Origin: Ramazzottius varieornatus
Lineage: Eukaryota; Animalia; Tardigrada
Length of the DNA: 64,000 nucleotides
Direction: 5' to 3'
Assembly: GCA_001949185.1 (NCBI GenBank)
Contig: BDGG01000001.1
Span: forward strand, 1,546,263-1,610,262
Shown: positions 56,094 to 64,000 of the stretch, in pieces
Layout of the letters: each line of letters begins with the position of its first letter
Numbering within the stretch: the first letter of the stretch is position 1
The notes under the pieces: model-generated
The model's input: only the letters and a program-made list of their open reading frames with translations
Databases searched by the model: none
What the model was told of the DNA's origin: nothing
Translations under genes and position numbers: made by a program

Positions 56094-59000
56094 TCACAAC
56101 AGCTCGGCACAAGCGCGACCCCTGCACAGAAACTTGCCGTGATAGTGAGCCACCGGTTCTTCCTTGGGAGTATCACTGATGATTCCGAACAGACCAACAT
56201 CTTGAGTCGCGCCCAAGTTCAAATCACCACTACAGAGAACGAATGTTGAAGAAAAAGGCAAACACTCAGATGATATTGACAGCTTTCAGCTTTCAAAACC
56301 AGGAGCTCGGCAGACAAAGGCGGCCAGACCGCTTTCCCGAGTGACGCATGTTCTCAACTTCATCGGCTGAGAGCGTGCGCATCTTCGATCGAGTTTGTTT
56401 GCTTAGCACCAATTCCCATTTGAATTTTTCGTACAATATCGCGGGGAATGTCACTAACCTGCTGTGAGCGATCTCCCAGCCAGAGTCAACACTACAAACA
56501 GATAGAATCATCAGTAATAAGACTTACACGTTTTTGGCCTGAAAAAAACCAAATTATTTTCAAAGCAGGGATACTTTCCAATGGAGGAAGATACCTGTCT
56601 TGAGCGTCTCGAGTGATTCCTAACCCCGAGTAGGAACTGCAAAACATACCAAGGTATTTCCTCATGAACGGGGCCGACGTGTACCTGAAAGCTGCAAAAG
56701 CAAACTTATACCTGAATGGGTATCCTTCAGTACGATTCGCAGCTGTGCGAACATCGTTCTCAACACCCTCCCAATGTGACATGGTAGGCCAAGCTGCCGC
56801 GTCCGAAGCCGAAGACGACGCCGTCGTGCGGCTTGACGCCATGTTGGACATGTTCAGCGCGCTTGAGCTTCCGGGTGAGGACCAAGTGATGGTTGCCGAA
56901 GAACCACCGTCGCCAAAGACTGCACCATCCGCACTTCTTCTACGTCCTTTCATAGCGTAAGCAGCGTAGGGATTCACGTAAGGACCTTGGTCCACGTCCG
57001 AATCCAGCTCAAACTTCAGAAGAACAAAGAACCAATCTTCAAGAGTTTTCATTTATCTCAGTTTGAAATACTTTCCAGAACTAACTCATCATAGCACTGC
57101 AAAATATTTTTGATGGGTGTTCCTAAACGATTTTTCGATAAACTGTGATCTCTAGATTTGGGCAGCTGGGCAGAAGAAAACAACTCTAGAAACAGTTCTC
57201 TCAAGTGGCGCGTTTTTCGGAAGTTATTGGCTGAAGGCGTGCGTCACTTGGAACTATAAAGTTTGTCTAATTTCGATAATATTCGAACTAAAATTACTCT
57301 AGTCTTACCGATAAGGATTCCGAAGTTGCCCGACCACGATGAGTTCCAGAAGCTCCGCTGGGACTTGCCTGAGGACGGTAGGGAGGGTTGCAGAACACTC
57401 GCCAGTCAGGGACTGGTCCCGGCTGAGGAGTGCTAGTCGGGGTGCTACGATCGCTAGAGAAGCTCTCGTTGGCGCTTCCGTAGTCAACCAATCTGGTAAA
57501 ACCCAGATCACGAAGCCGACTGGCTAACGCATTAGCTTCTCGAATCATCTTCACATCTTCAGAAACAAATTCAGAAAGCCCTATCAACCTTCATCGGAAA
57601 ACCAAACAGGAGCGAAAGCTGAAAACCTTTCCCGAAAAACTTTCCAACTTACGATTTTGCGCTGGACTTGGCTTCGCAGTAGCATCATTCACCTAGAAGT
57701 CAGAAGGGCGGCTCATTATTCGTTCTCGAAGGTCAACATAGTCTGTCGGAACCTCGCCAGACTGTGTTAGAGCGACCGGGAGCTCGACAAAAGAACTCGA
57801 GCACATCGTTTTCTCACTTGGCGCGCACTTTCAGTACTGTTATAATGTGAGCGTGCGCCACATGGGAAAATCGGTTCTGTGGGTCTGTCCGTCAGGTGGC
57901 GCACGAAGACAGTGTGATTGGCCAAAAGCGTGCGCCAGCTCGAGAAAAGGGTCCAATTCGTTTGCCGATCACCCGATTACTTTTATTCTGTATTCTGTTT
58001 TGTTGTTCCATTTTCCGGATTTCAAAAGGTGATTTCGTACCTCAATCTGTCGTCCTTCCACCACTTTATGATGAAGGTCGTGCTTGGCGCGAACCGCCGC
58101 ACTTCCACGCTTCATCGTAACGAAGCCAAAACCCTACGAAGGAAAAACACGCCAGCCGTTATCTAACACGCCTAAATCCCACAGAAAACATGATCTGTCG
58201 CCTGTCTGGATATTTGTCGCCATCAAATGGTGCATGAAGTCGCTTATCACTGACTGTCAAAGTACACTAATTGCCACATCTGACAAGCAGCGATACATAA
58301 AAGTTGCGATATGATAACTGCACCAACCTTCGACCCGCGATCGTTGAAGATTATCTCGCGCTCTTGCACTTCGCCATATTCCTGCAACGAAAACCAAAAC
58401 AAGCACATTAAGCAGAGGATACATTTTCTAATCTACTCGATACAAGAGCTTGTCAGACATAGGAGATTAATTTCACCGTACCTCGAAGAGACGACCCAAC
58501 TCGTTCTCGCGCCAACGGAAGGGAATGTTGCTGACATGCAGTCTCTTCGGCGGGTCGTTGGGATCGTGGCTCCCCTCTTGGACCGTGTTCGGTTGAATCA
58601 GCCTTGAGCGAGCTCCGTAGCTGCTTGGGACGGAATGGCCAGTGGCGAAAGGGTTTCGCGAGGAAGGTGTGCCAACGTTGCCCATCAAGAAACTTCCCTA
58701 CAACAAACGAAAATTTTCAGTTTTGATCGCGTGGAAGAAACATATTTCTTAGCTTGAAATCTGCAGCTTTAACATTCTGCTTTAAGTTAGAAATAAGAGG
58801 CCCCAAGAGCCGGAACCATCTGCGGTCTTCAGTGCTACAAGAGAAATTTCTGACTTTTCTGCCACCAACTGCTTCATCCGAACCTTCAACTTATCCCATG
58901 GTTGGATTCTCCCCCAAAAGATCTCAAAGTATTCCCTAAAGCTGCGTCATTGAACGTATAAAGTAGTGCAAAAAGAAACTTGGAGAGTCTAACCCCAGAG

Positions 59001-59375
59001 AGAGAAGGAAACAGACAACGCAACAGGTGGTCATCTAGACTGGTCCCATTTACCACCAGATCCTCACAGTCTAACATTGATTGACTGATTGATGATTATC
59101 CAAAGGCGGAAATACTCCACTTGTTCTGCCTTCGTCCAAAGGTCGGTGCTTACCTCGGGAGAAGCGTTGCGGGCAGTAGCTTGGTGGACACCATTGAGGC
59201 CAAAGACGGGATCAGGATCGTTGAACAAGCCCCGGCTGGAAGTAGAGCTGCCTTGAGAAGAGCTGTAGCCTGTAGAAGGCCAGTAGGATCCGGACGATGT
59301 TGCGCTGCTCCACGGGTCGACTTGTCCACGACCTGTTCCGGCCACAATGTCCATGGCCGAGCTTCGCATCTGCAT
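56094..59375 (-). CDS. RBFOX: RBFOX/Fox-1 family RRM splicing regulator (divergent)
   Basis: Spliced RRM PKRLHVSNIPFRWRENELGRLFE|EYGEVQEREIIFNDRGSK|GFGFVTMKRGSAAVRAKHDLHHKVVEGRQIE|VNDATAK. Terminal exons are approximate. Confidence 0.88.
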
Positions 59376-59931
59376 GACCGATAGCTCGAGGAGTAGTAAC
59401 CTGCAGCGAAACAACAACAACAGCTCAGAAGTTAATCGACAGTAAGAATTCAAACAAGATGTCCGCGATCGTCTTTATGATGGCGCGCGAAAAAGCAATC
59501 TTATCGGATGAGTGAAGAAACCCTTCGCAGCTTTGCACGTTGTTCGTCTGTTGTCTGTTCGCTCTTCGTCTAGATCTGTTACGTCAGCGATGTTTTCATC
59601 CATTGATGCGTCAACAGGGTATCGACAATGGGAACAGGTAGAAGAGGGTGGGGCCATTGGGTCAGAAACAATAGCCATTGGGAGGCTGGTGGCTCGTTGG
59701 ATTAGTCACGGAAGTACGAGGGCACGGGAAGTACGTACCACGCCCTGTCCACACGCTGGACATGCGGCAAGCCGCCACAACCACTTGTTACGCTGGGCTA
59801 GGTCGCTTCGAAAATCACCCTTCCTGGTTGTGTTCGATCTGGTGCGTCGATACACCACAGTGGTATTAAATGGCGATACAGCTGATCGGATCATTAAGAC
59901 TTAGAGTACACGTGCCTGGCCTAAATGTGGG

Positions 59932-59981
59932 NNNNNNNNNNNNNNNNNNNNNNNNNNNNNNNNNNNNNNNNNNNNNNNNNN
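59932..59981. other. Assembly gap (50 N)
   Basis: Run of N. Confidence 1.
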
Positions 59982-60845
59982 AACCAAAAGTTACAACTTC
60001 AACGGAGAAGCCATTCCAACTGAAGAAGAAGCTGAGTGCCTGGGGGTGACGTTCTCGAGGCGCTTAGACTGGACCGGACAAGTGGACAAGGTGGTGGCCA
60101 AGTGCAGAAAGAGACTGTACGCTATCAAAACCTTTTTCCCTCGGCGCTTTGGTATGGTGAAACAACTGCTGTACAAGAGCATCGTCAGATCGGTGTTGGA
60201 CTACGCGTCATCGTCGTGGCACAGCACGGGAAAAGGTCTGCAAAAGAAGCTCGCAAAAAAACAGAAGTTCCTACAGACTATTCGCTTGGGCTGTCTGGAA
60301 GGGAACGAGAGGCATGACGTGGACTTCGCGCAGTACAGAGAACATTTGGCTGAAGTAGAGTGGCATCCGCTGTGGCAGAGAAGGCTGGAAGGTATTTTAC
60401 TGAACGCTTTCAAGATCTGGAAAGGAATGTTTGCAGGTGGCGAGCTCATCATGAAGAGAGACATGCCAGGAAGGACAACAAGAAGTCAGTCCAAAGAATT
60501 TCTTCTGTCGCCTGTAAGCTTTGCTTCCGCGTCATGTAAACTTTAGATTCTACCGCAGCTTCTTTTGCCTACGCGGCCGCAGAAATTTTGAAAGATCCCG
60601 TCTTTTGCCCTAGGCCTGGTCAACTGTTATCTGTTGGCAGCTTTAAGAACTATCTGTCGGGTTTTAAATTTTCAAATTTAAAATGGTGCAAGGACTTTGT
60701 CGATCGTTTGCTGGTTGTTTAAATTGTTTTGCTGTACTTTTGTATGGCTCTCTTTTTCCTACGGCTTTCTTGCCACCATTTTTCCAATTTGTCCCCTAAG
60801 CGCTATGCCTGGCCAAGCAGTCGGATAGATAAAGGTTATTATAAC
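59982..60845 (+). mobile_element. 3' end of a non-LTR retrotransposon (CR1/L2-group ORF2 C-terminus), truncated by the gap
   Basis: YNFNGEAIPTEEEAECLGVTFSRRLDWTGQVDKV...LYKSIVRSVLDYASSSW...LWQRR...FKIWKG. Frameshift or stop near 60545. Ends in ATAAAGGTTATTATAA. Confidence 0.85.
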
Positions 60846-60858
60846 TTTGGAACAACAA

Positions 60859-60936
60859 AACGATAAGAACCTAACGATAAGAATGACTGCGGAATCCTAA
60901 CGATAAGAACCTAACGATAAGAATGACTGCGGAATC
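60859..60936. repeat. 40-bp tandem duplication with internal 14-bp subrepeat
   Basis: AACGATAAGAACCTAACGATAAGAATGACTGCGGAATC x2. Confidence 0.9.
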
Positions 60937-61005
60937 AAAAGAGTTAACCTGGTAAAAGACAGCGAACGAAACATCGAAGAAAAATGGGGAAGTAGCCCAT
61001 TCAGA

Positions 61006-63179
61006 TCATGACGTCATGTCTTCATGCATGGTTACTTCAGAGGTTTCCGGGTACTTCTCAGGCTCTGCGTTTTGCTCATCTTGGAATTCTACTGCATCTG
61101 GGTCCGCTCCGAATCCTTCGCCAGCTGGGGAAGATGGTGTGGCATCCTCCCCGGTTTTTTTCTTACGCGACCTGTCGGAGCTCGCTTTCCGCTTGACACC
61201 CGTCACCGCCGTTTCCGTCCCGTCACTCATGGCATTGACGTTAATATCCACGGCATCATCTTCATCGTCCGTCATGTGCTCTTCTTGATTATTCTGCTTC
61301 TCTAGTCGGTGTTGCTTGCAAACTTCACACGTATCGAGCTATCAATAAAAGAAAGCATAAATGGGAGCTCGGTAAACAAACTCGCCATGATCATTTTCCC
61401 CGGTGGCGCACGGTCTCAGCGTTATTGTCTGAAAGCGTGCGCCAGTTCGGGAAGTTTTCAGAGTCTCTTCTCGTAACCTACCACTTTGTTAACGTCCTGG
61501 AACATTCCTTTCCAGTAGTACTTGTCCCGAATTATTCCCAGAAGACCATCTCTTCGTCGATGATCCACACTGAAAGACAAAAGGACTGGTAGAGACCACT
61601 AGTCTGTCATACGACTGCAAGTCTCTCGGAAGGGGTCTCACATGTGGGCTTCCCAGATGATGTTCATCCGGCGAGCTCGGTCTTCCACACATGGTATGAG
61701 GATACCCTTCTTTGTCTTGTAGAGCAAGACGCCGTCTTCGTCCAGCTGAAAGTCGTTGCATCGTTTCCTCAAGTTCCGTTTGGCGTTTGTGTTCCAGCCA
61801 GGAAAGTACTTCTTCTCGGCGAGGTACTGTCGGATAGCTTCGAGGGGAATTTCGTCGCGGTCTAGGTGCGCTTTCAGAGCGGGTATGCCCGTTTTCTGCA
61901 ACCCGAAAACCGCAGTGTTTGCTACAATTTTGTGGGACAGCTGCCATTGTCAATCGCCATCAGGGTTTCGGAGGATCTTACTGTATTTGGGAGATCGGCA
62001 GATAAAGTCAAATCACTTGTTTTCTCAAGTGGCGCACTTTTGCGGTGAAATTGGCCGAAAGCGTGCGCCACTTAAAAAACGAGCTCGTCAAGTTTGTCTG
62101 CCGAATTCGCGACTTGTATTTTTATCGGACCGAACTGGAATATTTTCTACCGGAGAAGTTCCTTCAGCACCAATATCGCCAGCCGTGACGCCAGCTTCCT
62201 CAGCTCCGTTTCCAACTAGATGAGGTGACAACATACATGGCAAGATTATGCCAGGATGAAAAGTGGAAGGCATCTAAAACAATACCAAAGGAATTCAACA
62301 GCATACCGGGTTCGCCTTCGGGTAGCGGATTGTAAACCGTTTCTTCTTGACTTTTCTTGTTCGAGTTCTTCTTCGACGTCCCAGCGCCACTTATAGAAGG
62401 GAAGAATGAGGGAACTGGATATCGCTCTGTTCTTGGCTGAGTGATAACTGCAAGAAAAGAAATCCGTGAAAGGAATAAGTGAAGACTCTCATGTGCCGCA
62501 TGACGTCACGTTAGGCTGAATAAGTGAGCAATTCTTGGCATGATGTCTCAGCTGGACAATGACGTCACAGTTAGATTAATCCAACCTGAACAGGTTCGGG
62601 TTGCACACTTACTTCCAGACTTTCGCTTCTTAATATTAGAGACGCTGACTGCTCCACTGAGTGTCTGGAAAATTACTGGCATGTGGGACCTAAGAAACAG
62701 AAAGACAATTAAACAAGAAGGCTCCTACACTCCATCTCGGATGAAATCAACGCGCCACGAAAAGATCCACCATCATTCCAATTTTTCACGTTTACCCCAT
62801 CTGACAAACGGAAATTAGTTTCTGGAAGAAGGCTTCCACGGAGGCATTACTGGTCCCGATGATCAGCGGTTCTCCCCTCAGCAGCTGTTTCCGAGTAGCC
62901 GGTCCCAAGACTATGCACATGTGTCCCTAAAAGATGGAATGAGACACAATTTCCGGGATAAAACAGTCGGAAAATGACTTGGAAATTCAGCAATATATTT
63001 CTTCAATCGTAGAGAAACGTTACCAGTTTTTCATCATCCAGAATTTGCATTCCAGGATTCACTTGAGTCCCATCTTGAGACCCTGCGGGGGTTGCTTCCG
63101 ATTCGGCTGTTGTTTCGTCTGTTCCAGCTGCAGCTCCATCTTGTTCGACCTGTCCACTTTTCGACTTGCCTTTGCTCAT
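61006..63179 (-). CDS. Intron-containing gene with a Gypsy-type integrase zinc-binding (HHCC) domain, no DDE core
   Basis: About 8 exons. IRQYLAEKKYFPGWNTNAKRNLRKRCNDFQLDEDGVLLYK...RMNIIWEAH|IVDHRRRDGLLGIIRDKYYWKGMFQDVNKV|LDTCEVCK, then an acidic tail with KRK/RKKK. Confidence 0.8.
61990..62108. repeat. Representative copy of a dispersed palindromic element (GTGGCGCAC-N25-GTGCGCCAC core, arms up to about 45 bp)
   Basis: Other cores start at about 17956, 20134, 20749, 44609, 45349, 45410, 54731, 56341, 57205, 57818, 57896, 61403. Confidence 0.85.
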
Positions 63180-64000
63180 CTTTCTGCCGCCGAAATCGAA
63201 CAACTTGATTGACCAGAATATCCGGACAGATTGCGGGAAATGACCACTGGGTGAACAGAAGGAATTTAGTCCCGGGGTACTTGTGGGAGAGTAATGACGG
63301 ACCAGGATTTGCGGAAAGATGGGCGAACATCGGCCATCGGGACCTGGAAATCTGCTTATCGGATGCACGCTGCCTTTCGAACGAAATACAGGTCCACCCG
63401 TCAGCACATGGCCAGGTGGTTACACCACCACGTCAAACTTTGAGCACGTTGCATTCCAATGTGGAAGTGGAGTACTCGTTTAAAGTGCGCGCAAACCCGT
63501 GTCCAGCACTAAGTAGCAGCCTCCAGATCCCACTTCCACGTGTGACTGCTGCGAGACCGTGTTTCTCTCCTTGATTCTTGATTCAGTATCTGTTGTTCTG
63601 CAGCTTCCATCCATGAGCTGCTAAAGGGGGCCTTGCCGGAACGTCGAACACACTGATTGAGCGATTGATTGATTACGTTCCGCTAACAAATAGGTAGGAC
63701 CGATATGGTGTTCGTCATACGTTGGTAATACGCAGGTTGCGATTTCTCAAGGGTCCAAAACAAATCGCACAGAAATGGCAAATCAAAAATGGAAAATGAA
63801 AGTTAGCCCGCACACGAGCCAATCAGGCGCGAGATTCTTCTATTTCGATGCGATGTCGAATTTCCGTGCTTTTCCGCTCCCATCAAAATTCCGAAATTCT
63901 GATGGGACCCCAGCAGGGGAGCCACCTCAACTGCCCCCAAACACGAAAATTCAAGATCAGCTGCCATACCGTTCATTGATTTACTGATACTTCACATCGA

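Overview
Compact, intron-rich eukaryotic (animal) genomic DNA with short GT-AG introns, mostly about 55-100 nt. A tardigrade-like invertebrate is my inference from intron size, gene density and gene content, not a proven assignment. Gene models were spliced by eye. In order: SPT2 chromatin factor (5' end outside the window), an orphan secreted Ser-Gly proteoglycan-like gene, two tandem divergent polypeptide GalNAc-transferases, a UPF0193/EVG1 homolog, a broken orphan gene, a divergent DFF40/CAD-like nuclease, a GCKIII (STK24/25/26) kinase with candidate alternative first exons, a small-Maf bZIP head-to-head with CDC23/APC8, an AT-hook + PHD protein carrying a histone-H3-tail-like segment, a gene-poor TE-rich block (35.6-42.7 kb), a FASTKD5-like gene, an orphan coiled-coil gene, a duplicated RRM-like pseudogene, UBR7, an RH1-like coiled-coil protein with a C-terminal TM segment, a divergent RBFOX, a 50-N gap, a LINE 3' end, and an intron-rich gene retaining only a Gypsy integrase HHCC zinc domain. 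There are several TA-flanked MITEs and at least 13 copies of a short palindromic element (GTGGCGCAC-N25-GTGCGCCAC) with a near-invariant spacer length, all in introns. No rRNA, tRNA or CRISPR array was seen.
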